From positions 189,313 to 253,312 of the IMG/VR virus record IMGVR_UViG_3300028591_000075: a stretch of DNA of 64,000 bases; one strand, 5' to 3'. The position numbers and the translations under genes were made by a program. Positions 1 through 10,744 of the stretch are shown in pieces (the stretch's first letter is position 1; the number at the start of each line of letters is the position of its first letter). The stretch comes from a virus. Its lineage: Duplodnaviria > Caudoviricetes. A model generated the notes under the pieces. That model was given only the letters and a program-made list of their open reading frames with translations, made no database searches and had not been told where the DNA came from.

Positions 1-2610
1 GGTGGCGAGAACGTAGCCATACAGCACTCCACCGCCGGTGATGGGAATGCTTCCTATCATAACCTTGCCATGTTCGACTCTACCGCACTCGGCACCGGCA
101 ACACTGCAATTCAGCAGAGTTTTGTTGACAGCGGGTATAATAACATAGCCGCCCTACAGAGTCACGTGAACGGAGGAACATACAACCTTGCCCTGTTTGG
201 TTCCCAAGTTGCGGGTGACCAGAACATAGCATTGATGGGTTCAAAGATTACGGCATCTACCAATACCGAGAAAGGGGACGACCCGTTCCCCAGGGCACAT
301 CAGAACTGCCTGTTTGATTCTACATTGAACCAAGGCGACCTTCCAACTGACGCTCCGTGGGCAAATTATGAAATAGAGAAGAAGTCGTCCGAGTCGAATT
401 TACTTATTGACACGGACATAAATATTGCTGCGCAATCATTCTCTCGAAACCTTGTGATAGGACGTAACAAACACGAGTACCATGACGCCACGGTAAACTG
501 GGAAGTATTGAATTTTGTTGACAACATCATTACCGGGTTGAATAGTCAGGTTGAGCCTACACTTGCGTTAAATTACATTCAAAACGTAACCCATAATATC
601 TGGTTGAACTGCGAATATGATTTGACTGGTATCGAGGTACTTAATAGTAATTTCGCATTTGCTTCGGAATTAAAGCAAGTGGGCACTACCAGCGGGTCAA
701 GCGCGTATCCAGATATGCGCACAAAGTACCTCGGTAACTTTATATTCAGGTCAAAAACGGAAGGAACGGGCGCAGAGATAAATGACAACGTACTGTTCTA
801 TGATTCTGTCTTAAGAACTAATACGCCAAATGTCGGTGACCATGCGACGTTGGCCGGTAACTTCTTGATGCATTCTGAGCTCTCTTATGATAGCAGCGAT
901 GTAGATAAGGTACCTGTATTCAACTTCCAGTATAATTCCGACTTTGTAAATACTCAGCAGTCATTCAGCTTCTCGACAAATACCGTCCCACGAGAGGAAT
1001 ACTATCTCGCGAATGCATATGGTCCTGCTAATCTGATGTATTGTAACCAGTCCTGGAACTTTGGCGGAAATCACCTTGACTTCTGTACTCAGTCGTTGAT
1101 GGTGGGTGCCGATTCCGCAATGAGCAACTGTAACAGGTGTTACACGTTCGGTGCTAAGAATAATATGTTTATGCCAGTTACTGACGCAGATGGGTGGCAT
1201 GCGCTGCATAATGATCTTATTGTTGGTGAAACAAATAGGTTATTATATGATTTCAACACAAATGATGATTCTAGTAACCGGCTGTATGGAACCGATAATC
1301 TTCTTAGTGTTCATGGCGGAGGCTTCGCATTCAATAATCTCATAGATGGCACAGAAAACACAATTGAGATATTTAATGCACGGGTTGGTGCCAACACGAT
1401 ACGTGGCGAACGCAACAGGATGTATCTGACCTTCAATGAAGCCAGTAGTTCCGGTGATCGTGATGTAAATAAAGAGAACGTGTTGCTTGGTAGTTCTAAC
1501 CTCATATCAGCCGATAGTAGAATTGGGCGTGTCGTTCTTACTGAGAATCAGGTGGCAAATGGCATTGTGGTTGATTGTCCAAAATTTGTGCCCGCAACGA
1601 CTTTCTCGTGGTATGTCTACAAGGGCCCCAAGATGTCAATCTCCAACAATGGCTATTACCTCTACGTGAGAAGACTAGGCACCATAGTTTCCACCCGTCT
1701 CCCATCCGGGGCGACAATAGTGGCAGCATTGGTACCTGGTGACCTTGTGGATGGTGTGAACAATGGCACGTTGGTAGATAATGGATACTACAAGGCTACT
1801 GGCGATTTGGCTAACATTGAATTGCCGAATATCAGTTACGAGGCGTTGGACGCTGATTATCTATATTCATTACAAAACGGAGTTGCATATCTTGGGGAGA
1901 AAAGTGACCCTCATGAATCGAACCAGCCGGCTCACCTGGTAGACCATAACCTACTCGTCGGAAGCTACAACCTAGTACACTCCAATACAGTATATTATAC
2001 TCTCCTGGGGTGTTTTAACGAAGTTAGGTGCACGGACATTCCGTATCCCAGTTTTGCATATGGCCATGGCTTTGTATGCGGTAACAACAACCAGGTTGAA
2101 AACGGTTCCAACATCCTATGCTTTGGTAACGGTAACTATTCAACCGGGTTCAACTCCGTTGCAATTGGAATGAACCTGAAGTCCAACAAGTGGCAGACGG
2201 TAATCGGGAAGTATAACGTGCCCATCGAAGGTCCAAACAGGTTGGACATCGAAAACCCACAGGATCCTAATGCCGCATTGTTTATAATCGGTAACGGTTT
2301 CAGTGAGAAGGATGACGATGATTGGCAAGATGAGCAGTACATTACGCGCTCGAACGCTATGGTTGTCTATGCCGATGGTACCGTCAGGGCCAAGAAGTTC
2401 GTATCTGACGAACCTGAACTAGAACTGATCAAGGGTACCGGAATCGAGATGACCGATGACATCACCGCCGGTACGAGGACGATATCCGTATCTCAGGAAA
2501 TTCAGGACCTCCTCACGTTCCTGTCCAGTAGGCCGGCAACCGGAACTTACACTATAAATTCAACGGATGGGGTACTTACGTGGGAACCTATCGGGATTAC
2601 GCAGGTATAA
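1..2610 (+). CDS. Tail fibre/adhesin-like protein, 5'-truncated by the window edge
   Basis: Frame is open from base 1. Asn/Gly-rich beta-solenoid-like repeats and a C-terminal YadA-head-like segment (GFNSVAIG..QTVIGKYN..LFIIGNG..RSNAMVVYADG) typical of phage fibres. Confidence 0.6.
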   Translation, partial: GGENVAIQHSTAGDGNASYHNLAMFDSTALGTGNTAIQQSFVDSGYNNIAALQSHVNGGTYNLALFGSQVAGDQNIALMGSKITASTNTEKGDDPFPRAHQNCLFDSTLNQGDLPTDAPWANYEIEKKSSESNLLIDTDINIAAQSFSRNLVIGRNKHEYHDATVNWEVLNFVDNIITGLNSQVEPTLALNYIQNVTHNIWLNCEYDLTGIEVLNSNFAFASELKQVGTTSGSSAYPDMRTKYLGNFIFRSKTEGTGAEINDNVLFYDSVLRTNTPNVGDHATLAGNFLMHSELSYDSSDVDKVPVFNFQYNSDFVNTQQSFSFSTNTVPREEYYLANAYGPANLMYCNQSWNFGGNHLDFCTQSLMVGADSAMSNCNRCYTFGAKNNMFMPVTDADGWHALHNDLIVGETNRLLYDFNTNDDSSNRLYGTDNLLSVHGGGFAFNNLIDGTENTIEIFNARVGANTIRGERNRMYLTFNEASSSGDRDVNKENVLLGSSNLISADSRIGRVVLTENQVANGIVVDCPKFVPATTFSWYVYKGPKMSISNNGYYLYVRRLGTIVSTRLPSGATIVAALVPGDLVDGVNNGTLVDNGYYKATGDLANIELPNISYEALDADYLYSLQNGVAYLGEKSDPHESNQPAHLVDHNLLVGSYNLVHSNTVYYTLLGCFNEVRCTDIPYPSFAYGHGFVCGNNNQVENGSNILCFGNGNYSTGFNSVAIGMNLKSNKWQTVIGKYNVPIEGPNRLDIENPQDPNAALFIIGNGFSEKDDDDWQDEQYITRSNAMVVYADGTVRAKKFVSDEPELELIKGTGIEMTDDITAGTRTISVSQEIQDLLTFLSSRPATGTYTINSTDGVLTWEPIGITQV

Positions 2611-2611
2611 T

Positions 2612-4186
2612 ATGACGACAAAAGTAAATCTAGTAGCAAGCGTAAACGCTGATACATGCAAGGTTACCATCAACAACAAGAGTCGGTGGGCGACTGTCCC
2701 GGATGCAGTGAAAACTGGATTGACCGGCGGTTCCGTTTTTATCCCGATCCTGTGGAACGGTGATGCCGACTATACTTTCGTCGCAGCATCGTCCGGAACG
2801 GTTTCTCCGAACGGAATTACCGTCGACAACCTTACACAAGATGTCATTGTTGAATTGGTCGATGCGAAAGTGCGACTTGTTGTCATCAGCGACGATCCCG
2901 AGGCCATTTCCTCGATAACGCCAACCGATAGTTACGTTGCGGTCAACGCAACTGCGATATGCCAGGTGACGTACAATTCTAATTTCGACTACCATCACAT
3001 AAAACCGTCGGTGGGGGCGGCAACCGCGAATGGCCTGGAAATACCCGTTGGTAATTCCGACCTTACTGTTACAGTCGTCCCGAATATTTTGGATGTGTAT
3101 GTAGCCAACAACAACGCCAAATGGGCATCCGCCAGTCCAAACGAGGCACATGTGCGATACGGTACACCGGTTTCGTTCAACGTGACCTATACAGATGGCG
3201 CCGATGCATCGTGCCTGGTTACCCCGGTATCTACCGAGGTGGATGGGGTAGAGGGACACGGGGTAACTGTCGGGACCAACACGCTATCGGTTCCTGATGG
3301 CGTGGCGCATGGGGGGAACATCATTCTGGCCCCAGCAAAGGTCCAGGTAAACGCCCATATAGCTTGTAATGAAGTCGTTTCCGTGTCCCCCGTTACTCAA
3401 TATGTATCACCGGGAGCCACGGTTACTGCCACGATTACCTATGCTTCAGGTAAGTCGGACAGCGACATTTCTCTAAGTCGCGGAACTGTCAGCGGAAATA
3501 CAATGAGCATACCCACATCATCCTCCGAACGGTATGCTACCAGCAATATACTGGGATCGGTGATGATTGGCGGAAGACGGTATCCCACCGTAATTATCGG
3601 AAACCGTATGTGGATGGCCGAGAACCTTGATCATAAATGGGATGGGCTTACCATAAGCACAACTCTTGATGAGCGCTCGGTTTGTGGAGTGTACTATATG
3701 AATGACGAGTACACGTATGGATATAACGGAAAGAAGTTCGGCATCCTTTACAACAGGATGGCCAGAGACTATCTCATTACGAATGCGTCAACGATATTTC
3801 CGGAAGGGTGGAGAATACCCCTGGAAGCCGATTTCCATGATCTATTGATGTCAACTGGGTTCACCCAGGTAAGTCCGAGGGTTTATTCCGGTAATATCAG
3901 CGTCCTGCATGCACCCGGTTACGAATGGGCATTGCCTGATGTGTGTACCGATGAATACGGATTTCATGGGGTGCCGTCCGGATTGAAGATAAGTTCCGGC
4001 GGGTCTTTCCAATGGAAGCGAATGGCTTTTCATGTCTTAGTTAGTGGATATGAACCTTCTGGCCCGACGGATTATTCCAACTACGGCTGTATAGAGACTT
4101 GGAGTCAGAATGAGATAAAATTCGACTTCAATAACTGGTACTACAGGCCATATGAATACGCTATAAGACTTGTAAAAGATATATAA
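2612..4186 (+). CDS. Ig-like repeat protein with C-terminal Fibrobacter succinogenes major paralogous (FISUMP/Fib_succ_major) domain
   Basis: YPTVIIGNRMWMAENL...GILYN...PEGWRIP...DEYGFHGVPSG...AIRLVKD matches the family pattern. N-terminus is Val/Thr-rich beta repeats. Confidence 0.75.
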   Translation: MTTKVNLVASVNADTCKVTINNKSRWATVPDAVKTGLTGGSVFIPILWNGDADYTFVAASSGTVSPNGITVDNLTQDVIVELVDAKVRLVVISDDPEAISSITPTDSYVAVNATAICQVTYNSNFDYHHIKPSVGAATANGLEIPVGNSDLTVTVVPNILDVYVANNNAKWASASPNEAHVRYGTPVSFNVTYTDGADASCLVTPVSTEVDGVEGHGVTVGTNTLSVPDGVAHGGNIILAPAKVQVNAHIACNEVVSVSPVTQYVSPGATVTATITYASGKSDSDISLSRGTVSGNTMSIPTSSSERYATSNILGSVMIGGRRYPTVIIGNRMWMAENLDHKWDGLTISTTLDERSVCGVYYMNDEYTYGYNGKKFGILYNRMARDYLITNASTIFPEGWRIPLEADFHDLLMSTGFTQVSPRVYSGNISVLHAPGYEWALPDVCTDEYGFHGVPSGLKISSGGSFQWKRMAFHVLVSGYEPSGPTDYSNYGCIETWSQNEIKFDFNNWYYRPYEYAIRLVKDI

Positions 4187-4199
4187 TTTATAGGTGGAG

Positions 4200-4769
4200 A
4201 TGAATATGAAGAAAATCGTCATAATTAGGGGTGTCCCTGGGGCCGGAAAGACGACTCTTGCGACCAAGTTGGAAGGTGAGATGAACGGTAGGGGCATAGC
4301 TTGCATCCACCACGAGGCTGACCAGTATTTTGCTGAGGATCCGAGACGGTACTTGCCATCCAAGGCCGGTGACGCATATGAATGGGTACTCGGGAAAACC
4401 CGCGACTCCATTCATGATTTCGATGTGGTTATCGTGTCCAGCATGAACATCCATGCGTACGAGGTATACAAGTATGTCGCTATCGCGGACGAGAACCGGG
4501 CTGAAAACATCGTATTCCATCTGGTAAGCGACTATGGTAACGTCCACGGAGTAAAGCCAGCCGTAATCAAGTCGCTGAAAAGTGATTTCGAGCCGTATGA
4601 CGGCGAACACATCATCAGTGATCCGGAGGCGGAGTATGATTCCATCGTAAGCATGATAATCGAAGGGTTCACTCCTAGGGAAGAATTGCCGCCCGAGGCT
4701 TCTTCTCCTGAGACGGCATCCCCGGAAACCGAACAAGACACTCCTGTTGAACAGGATGACAAGAAGTAA
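4200..4769 (+). CDS. P-loop kinase (AAA_33/polynucleotide-kinase-like)
   Basis: Walker A IIRGVPGAGKTT, HEADQYF and NVHGV motifs. Confidence 0.7.
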   Translation: MNMKKIVIIRGVPGAGKTTLATKLEGEMNGRGIACIHHEADQYFAEDPRRYLPSKAGDAYEWVLGKTRDSIHDFDVVIVSSMNIHAYEVYKYVAIADENRAENIVFHLVSDYGNVHGVKPAVIKSLKSDFEPYDGEHIISDPEAEYDSIVSMIIEGFTPREELPPEASSPETASPETEQDTPVEQDDKK

Positions 4770-4772
4770 TGT

Positions 4773-5723
4773 ATGATCAAAATCGCAGTAGCCATAACCA
4801 ACCACAACCAGCATGAGATGGTTTCTGAGACCATCGAAATGCTGCGGTCGGCCCCTACAAAGCCATCCCATATATATGTCCTATCCGACGGCAAGCCGTT
4901 CTGGGACTTTTCCGGTGACCCGAGAATTATCCCGGTAAACAATGCCAAGAAGTTCATTGGCCGGTGCGGCAATCGCAATTCCGTGATAGAGCCATTTCTC
5001 CATTCCGCCGACGATGCAATTGTGTTCATGGACGGTGACTGTTTCCCGGATACCGACGATTTCCTTGGGAAGTACGCGGCGCTGCTCCAGAAACACGACC
5101 TGGTGTTCGGCACCAGGCGCCATACCGATGTCGACGGCCTGGACATGCCTCCCTCCGACCTGCTCACGGCAAACATGGACAACATGTGGAACAATCTCCC
5201 CCTGAACTATGCCGACTTGCGCGTCGTATCCGGGGCAGTGTCCGGGTGGGCCGATGCGAAGACGTTCAACGAGCGCCTCGACCTCATGCTCACCGGGATG
5301 ATCGGGTGGAGCTGCAATTTCGGTTTTTCCAAGAAGGGGCTGAAAGCCATCAGGAAATTCCAGAAGAGTACCTACGGCCTGGACGAGGGCATCTTCGATT
5401 CGGAAGCATTCGGCAATGGCTGGGGCTACGAGGACGTGGCGATGGGGATAGACGCCCTGTATGCCGGTCTCGACATCCAGATTACCGACGACATAAGGGT
5501 TGCGCACAGGGCGCATGACCGTTCTGACGGCCTGTTCGACCACATCAAGGGTCGCCACGCCATCATGGAACGTCACCGCATGCTTGAACGCTACGCCAAG
5601 ACAAGAAACGGGATCCTCAGGCTCGCCATGACCGCATCCGCGTTCTTTACTGCCGGGCTCATCACCGGCATGGTCACCATGGCGATAAACTGCGAGAGTC
5701 TGATTACTTCTCTATTCGGATAG
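4773..5723 (+). CDS. Glycosyltransferase family 2 with C-terminal hydrophobic helix
   Basis: IVFMDGDC (DxD), SCNFG, GWGYED motifs. Confidence 0.75.
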   Translation: MIKIAVAITNHNQHEMVSETIEMLRSAPTKPSHIYVLSDGKPFWDFSGDPRIIPVNNAKKFIGRCGNRNSVIEPFLHSADDAIVFMDGDCFPDTDDFLGKYAALLQKHDLVFGTRRHTDVDGLDMPPSDLLTANMDNMWNNLPLNYADLRVVSGAVSGWADAKTFNERLDLMLTGMIGWSCNFGFSKKGLKAIRKFQKSTYGLDEGIFDSEAFGNGWGYEDVAMGIDALYAGLDIQITDDIRVAHRAHDRSDGLFDHIKGRHAIMERHRMLERYAKTRNGILRLAMTASAFFTAGLITGMVTMAINCESLITSLFG

Positions 5724-5829
5724 GTACGACAAACAGTAGACATTGACTGCCATCGAATGGCTGCATTTGTGAACTGCCGCGTGTTTCGCGACAGTTCTTT
5801 TTAGTCCCTTAAAGTTATAAACTGCCGGT

Positions 5830-6360
5830 ATGAAACCCTGCAACTGTCATCCACCGATGCCGCCAAAATACACGCCTGGTCCAGTGCAGACCAGCGCATC
5901 TACGCTGTATCCTAGTGTGATGCCAAGGCCCGTTATCATCCCGGATGCTCCGCATTTGCCAGATGTACCTCCCATACCCATGCAGGGTCCCATGCCGGCA
6001 CCCGGTCCCGCTGTGCCGGTGATCCCACCCGATTGCAAGCGGAAACCGTGTCCGCCTCCTAAGCCGAGACCGCCTAGACCACCGTGCCCGCCATGTCCAC
6101 CGGGACCACCGTGCCCACCAATTCATCCACCGCATCCCCCGGTACCTGTACCGGAACCTTGCGACGTGTCCAGCAAGTTCAAGGAAGTTGTTGTCGATGG
6201 GGTTGGCGATGTCAAGGTTGACAAGATTGACGAGGTGTACCGCACGGTATACCTGGTGAGCTTTGATGGGTTTGAGAAGCGGTACGAGCTGGAACCGTAT
6301 ACGAAAGAAGAGATTTCCGCCATGTTCGACCAGATTGATAACGGGGTTGCCGATGAATGA
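5830..6360 (+). CDS. Pro/Cys-rich hypothetical protein
   Basis: ATG lies 6 nt after ATAAACT. PPCPPCPP low-complexity N-half, globular acidic C-half, overlaps the next gene start. Confidence 0.55.
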   Translation: MKPCNCHPPMPPKYTPGPVQTSASTLYPSVMPRPVIIPDAPHLPDVPPIPMQGPMPAPGPAVPVIPPDCKRKPCPPPKPRPPRPPCPPCPPGPPCPPIHPPHPPVPVPEPCDVSSKFKEVVVDGVGDVKVDKIDEVYRTVYLVSFDGFEKRYELEPYTKEEISAMFDQIDNGVADE

Positions 6361-7639
6361 TGTAGTAGCTCCAGAAATAATCAAGTACCTTGATGAAGCC
6401 GGCCTGAAACAGACGTATGCCAGGTTGAATCGCCGATACAAGATAGTCGACGAGTTACCCGCTGATATTTCCGCGATGACGCCATATGATAGGAATGCGA
6501 TTTATGTCGTCAAGGAAGAATATGAAGATGGGACGAGTTTCTTCCCGTACATAATCGACGATGGAAAATGGGTAAGTCTTGGTATATCACCGGAAGAGAT
6601 TGACGGCAAGGCAGACCTTGTCGAAAGCGGTGTCAAGGGACATGTCACCGTACTGGATGAGTATGGGAACATAGCCGATGCGGGCATGTATCCCGGCGTG
6701 TTCATTGCGTTGACATCTGACCGCAACATGAACGGCAAGGCGACCAACCTGATGCATATCTGGTCGGCCTATATCAGCGGCATGCCGGTCCTGCTGTTGG
6801 ATAATGCGGGGAACGGGCTCTACGCTGCCTTGAACGCGGCAGGGTACCTATGGGTTGAACGCGGGTATGTCAGGGAGGAACAATGTACTCTCGGTGACAA
6901 CAACAGGCCAGTTGATGACACAACCCATGGATATATCAGGCGCCTTAGCGGTAAGATACATTTCTACTCCGATCCGGAGTGCACGAAAGAAATTGTTGGT
7001 GTTGATGGCAAATTCTACCTGGATTGCGTAGGTAACAAGGTGTACCGGTTCTTTGACGAGGTATTCGTCAAGGTACAGCGCTTCATCCAGTTCTCCACCC
7101 TGGAACTGGACAAGGCAAGCGATCCTGTATGGGAAGACCGAGAGGTTTCCAGCATGGTGTACTACCGCATGGTGGAACCGCTTGGTTCTTGGTCGCCCGA
7201 TACCTTCTCGGTAGTGAAGATTACCGCTTCCGGTGGTGGTGGCGGTGACATTAGGTGCAAGGCCGACAAGGTAGTTAATGCCGTCGATGGACACCTGGCC
7301 GGGTTGTCCGGCGATGGAAATCTTACCGATTCCGGACTTGACCCCGAGGACCTTGCTACCCGTGAGGAGCTTGATAAAAAGTGTGATACTGACTATGTCA
7401 ATCTCCAACTGGCCAAGAAGGCTGACAAGGGCTATGTCGACCTGGAACTGGCAAAGAAGATTGACAAGGGCTATGCCGTGGAACGCATCGCAACACCCGA
7501 TGGTGTACTTCCGATGGTGGACGGTCTAGTTACCATACCAAAGGCCTTATCCAACACGCCCGGCGTATATGGAAAGAGTGGCCTGGTAAGTATGCGCTAT
7601 GATGAATTTAACAACTCGGGCATGATTGAACGCCCATAA
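6353..7639 (+). CDS. Tail fibre-associated protein
   Basis: KADKVVNAVDGHLAGLSGDGNLTDSG-type repeats (two copies) and KADKGYVD coiled repeats. Start reassigned to MNDVVAP. Confidence 0.55.
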   Translation: MNDVVAPEIIKYLDEAGLKQTYARLNRRYKIVDELPADISAMTPYDRNAIYVVKEEYEDGTSFFPYIIDDGKWVSLGISPEEIDGKADLVESGVKGHVTVLDEYGNIADAGMYPGVFIALTSDRNMNGKATNLMHIWSAYISGMPVLLLDNAGNGLYAALNAAGYLWVERGYVREEQCTLGDNNRPVDDTTHGYIRRLSGKIHFYSDPECTKEIVGVDGKFYLDCVGNKVYRFFDEVFVKVQRFIQFSTLELDKASDPVWEDREVSSMVYYRMVEPLGSWSPDTFSVVKITASGGGGGDIRCKADKVVNAVDGHLAGLSGDGNLTDSGLDPEDLATREELDKKCDTDYVNLQLAKKADKGYVDLELAKKIDKGYAVERIATPDGVLPMVDGLVTIPKALSNTPGVYGKSGLVSMRYDEFNNSGMIERP

Positions 7640-7663
7640 AAGGAATTAAAACGAGGATAACTT

Positions 7664-9457
7664 ATGCCAAATGATACCCCCATTGAACTCTGGACCGGCT
7701 TCGACCAACGCAAGCTGGCTGCAGAACGTGCCCGTTGTGACTGGAAAGGTAACGTGATTGAACCGGCGAACGATTCAACCGTTTCCATAAAGGCCGGCAG
7801 CAATTCTGATGCGGAAGGCAGTTTCTCCACTAACCAGACTTCCGGTTCTACCATCACTATCGGTGCCGCGACTAGCAGCCGTGACGGTGTGATGACATCG
7901 TCCGATAAGGACAAGCTTGATGGCATTGCTGATGATGCCACTAAGGTAAGTGCCTCTTCCACCAACGGCAATATCAAGATCAATGATGTTGACACGTCGG
8001 TGTATACTCACCCCGCATATGGACCTTCTGGCGCCCCGGTAACTGTCGGTGAAAGCACGGACAAGACACCGGCATTTGGCGAAACGTTCAAGGTCCTTGG
8101 TGCCACGGTCGATCCGGGTGGACATACCACCGCTATTGCTGAACACACCATTGAAATCCCCGATGCGGTTGCCACACCTTCCACAGGCGGGGCCGGTGGT
8201 TCTGACGGTCTCATGTCAGCCACGGACAAGGAAAAACTCGATGGCGTTGAAACTGGTGCCCAGGCGAACGTTAAGCCGGACTGGAACGCAGCTCCGGGTT
8301 CTGCAGCGGAAATCCTGAACAAGCCGAACATTTCGAGCGTTAACGACGGTACGCTCACCATCACCGTAGCCGGGGTCGCCACGACGTTCTCCGCTAACCA
8401 GGCGAGTAATGCAAGCGTATCTATTCCGAATGCGGCATCCGCTTCCGGACAGGACCCGGCAACTGGCGGTCTCATGACCGATACTGACAAGGAAGATCTC
8501 GATTTTGCCACATCCGTAATTCCAACAACGGGTACACATGCCGCATCCCCGAGTAACCAGCTTGTCACTAATTCCCAGATGGCCGAGGCAATAGCCAATT
8601 TTGGCGGGTTTGAAATTGTTAGTGGAGATCCAACCACTGGCAAACCTGTGCTACCATCCGGCGAAACACCTTCCACCAAAGTCTTCTATCTTGTCAAGGA
8701 TAACAATGTACCGGGTGACGACAAGTACAAGGAATGGATTTGTACCAACGTATCCACCCCGACCTGGGAACTCATTGGCGACACTTCGTTGTCCTTGATC
8801 GGATACGCCAAGCTACCGTCTTCCATGGTCGGTGGCAACCTGGTTGAGTTTACTGCAACCGATGAACTGGCCGATTCCCAGACAACAGTGGCCGATCTTG
8901 AAAACAAGATTGAATCCATTAGCGTCAATGGCTCAGCACAAACGATTGATTCCAACAAGAATGTCGATATCGATGTTCCTGTGGCCGGTTCCGCTACTCC
9001 TGAAATGGATGGCGCCGCTGCGGCGGGTACATCCTCTGACTTTGCCAGGGAAGACCACGTTCACCCATCGGATACTGCAAAGGCCGATAAGGTTAAAGGG
9101 GCTACGAATGGACATCTTGCCTCGCTGGATGTCAATGGAAATCTTGCTGATTCCGGTGTCTCCGCGACGGATTTCAAGACCAAGCAGACAGCTGTTACCG
9201 ATCCGACCGCATCCGGCAATGCAACATCCTTCATCGACACACTTTCGCAGGATGCGAACGGCGTAATTACGCCCACGAAGAAGACCATACCTACGGTCCA
9301 GTCGTCGACAAGCAGTGTCGGTGGTCATGATGGGTTGATGACTGCACAGCAGTCCGAAGCCCTGGATATCATGAACACCTGGACATACGCTACGTTCACG
9401 TCGTCCGGAATGGGTACTGAACAGACGGATGTTCTCCCGCGTTCTCAGCAGCCCTAA
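7664..9457 (+). CDS. Tail fibre protein
   Basis: Repeated GLMSxxDKxKLDG motifs, NVKPDWNA..ILNKP, AREDHVHP, KADKVKGATNGHLASLD. Ser/Thr/Gly-rich. Confidence 0.7.
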   Translation: MPNDTPIELWTGFDQRKLAAERARCDWKGNVIEPANDSTVSIKAGSNSDAEGSFSTNQTSGSTITIGAATSSRDGVMTSSDKDKLDGIADDATKVSASSTNGNIKINDVDTSVYTHPAYGPSGAPVTVGESTDKTPAFGETFKVLGATVDPGGHTTAIAEHTIEIPDAVATPSTGGAGGSDGLMSATDKEKLDGVETGAQANVKPDWNAAPGSAAEILNKPNISSVNDGTLTITVAGVATTFSANQASNASVSIPNAASASGQDPATGGLMTDTDKEDLDFATSVIPTTGTHAASPSNQLVTNSQMAEAIANFGGFEIVSGDPTTGKPVLPSGETPSTKVFYLVKDNNVPGDDKYKEWICTNVSTPTWELIGDTSLSLIGYAKLPSSMVGGNLVEFTATDELADSQTTVADLENKIESISVNGSAQTIDSNKNVDIDVPVAGSATPEMDGAAAAGTSSDFAREDHVHPSDTAKADKVKGATNGHLASLDVNGNLADSGVSATDFKTKQTAVTDPTASGNATSFIDTLSQDANGVITPTKKTIPTVQSSTSSVGGHDGLMTAQQSEALDIMNTWTYATFTSSGMGTEQTDVLPRSQQP

Positions 9458-9482
9458 GTTAGCGCGTAGTACCAATATGAAC

Positions 9483-9514
9483 AACCCACCGGTTCATTAC
9501 CGGTGGGTTTTCTT
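9483..9514 (+). terminator. Intrinsic terminator between convergent genes
   Basis: AACCCACCGG-TTCATTA-CCGGTGGGTT followed by TTCTT. Confidence 0.7.
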
Positions 9515-9526
9515 GCAAATAAGCTA

Positions 9527-10744
9527 CTAAGTGCTCCGGTCTATCCAGTTGAGAGTCATGTCCCTAAAGTTCGAATTCGAGTGGATGGCAAAAGGAGTAG
9601 TCGAACTGTTGAAGTTGACTAGTGCCGACGGGTCGTTGAGCACAAGGAAGCCGAAGTATGTTGTCTTGCTGGAATCGAACGTACCGAGCTTCGTGGAGAA
9701 CGGTCCGTATGCCTCGTGGTCCAAGGTACCGGACATGTCGCCGGCGGTCTGAGATGCGGTAAGCATGCCGTTGTACATGTCCGGGCATAATATCCAAGTT
9801 GGACGGTATGATACGCTTCCACCCGTCGGCCATTTTCCTGTTCCTTGGAAGAATGCCGGGTAGTAGTACGTGGCTATGTTCTGTGTACTGAAGTTGTTCG
9901 CCTTGTTCCAGATATTGCTCTTTCTCATGTTCACACCAGCGTAGTTTGATATGCTGCTGGTGGTAAATACATCGAGATTGTCCATCGTAGCGAAATCCGG
10001 ACAGTTCGGGTCCGTTGTATCAATTAGCCAGCCAGCATTGTTGTACTTGACACAGCTGAGCTGTGTAGCCGGCGGAGCATAAGTGCCTCCCCACGATGTG
10101 GGTATTTGCGCTAGGTTGTCCGGGTCGTCGGCATCTGTGAATGCATCCGGGTGTACCGTGCAGTTAGGACAGGTCGTGCTGAACACATTGTATCCGTACA
10201 GCGAAGATCCATCGGTAATACCAGTGCAACCGCTTACAAAGCCGCCCACGTTGGTCAATGCGGTGCTCCCCCTGAACCGGTCATAGAATGTCTGGCTGAT
10301 AGATGTGATGGCGGTACACATTTTGAAAGTTCTGTCGAGGTTCGTAATCCGGTCAATATCCCCCTCGATGTCCAGTACCTGGCATGTGCCTAGCGCACCG
10401 GAAAGGAGTTTTCCTGATTCCGGACTACGGTTACAAAAAAGCTGCCCCAGGCCTATTGAGTAGTCAACATCCGATACGCCGAACCGGTACACCGGCGTAA
10501 TTACCTTCCATACATGTGGATCGGACGTGGAAAGCCACTCGGCGCCTACAGATGGCGGGCGTGTGCCGAACTTACCCCTGGGGTTTACGTTGGTACGGTC
10601 GAAGTAGAACGTGAGCAGAACATATGGCATGTCGTATATGAGCGTATCGCCATAATACAGCTTGGAAATGCGCTTGTTTCCATAGCGCATTTCCTTCAGT
10701 CCGCCACTAGCACGACTTCCGTTGGTACCGAAGAATAGACTCAT
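9527..10744 (-). CDS. Hypothetical virion/receptor-binding protein with LRR-like (DUF285/BspA-like) segment
   Basis: 405-aa ORF. NLDRTFKMCTAITSI / TNVGGFVSGCTGITD repeats and QIPTSWGG. Lies among fibre genes. Confidence 0.45.
   Translation of the reverse strand: MSLFFGTNGSRASGGLKEMRYGNKRISKLYYGDTLIYDMPYVLLTFYFDRTNVNPRGKFGTRPPSVGAEWLSTSDPHVWKVITPVYRFGVSDVDYSIGLGQLFCNRSPESGKLLSGALGTCQVLDIEGDIDRITNLDRTFKMCTAITSISQTFYDRFRGSTALTNVGGFVSGCTGITDGSSLYGYNVFSTTCPNCTVHPDAFTDADDPDNLAQIPTSWGGTYAPPATQLSCVKYNNAGWLIDTTDPNCPDFATMDNLDVFTTSSISNYAGVNMRKSNIWNKANNFSTQNIATYYYPAFFQGTGKWPTGGSVSYRPTWILCPDMYNGMLTASQTAGDMSGTLDHEAYGPFSTKLGTFDSSKTTYFGFLVLNDPSALVNFNSSTTPFAIHSNSNFRDMTLNWIDRST

Noticed and set aside
2612-4186. 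Diversity-generating retroelement target
   Set aside because: No reverse transcriptase or template repeat seen in the window.
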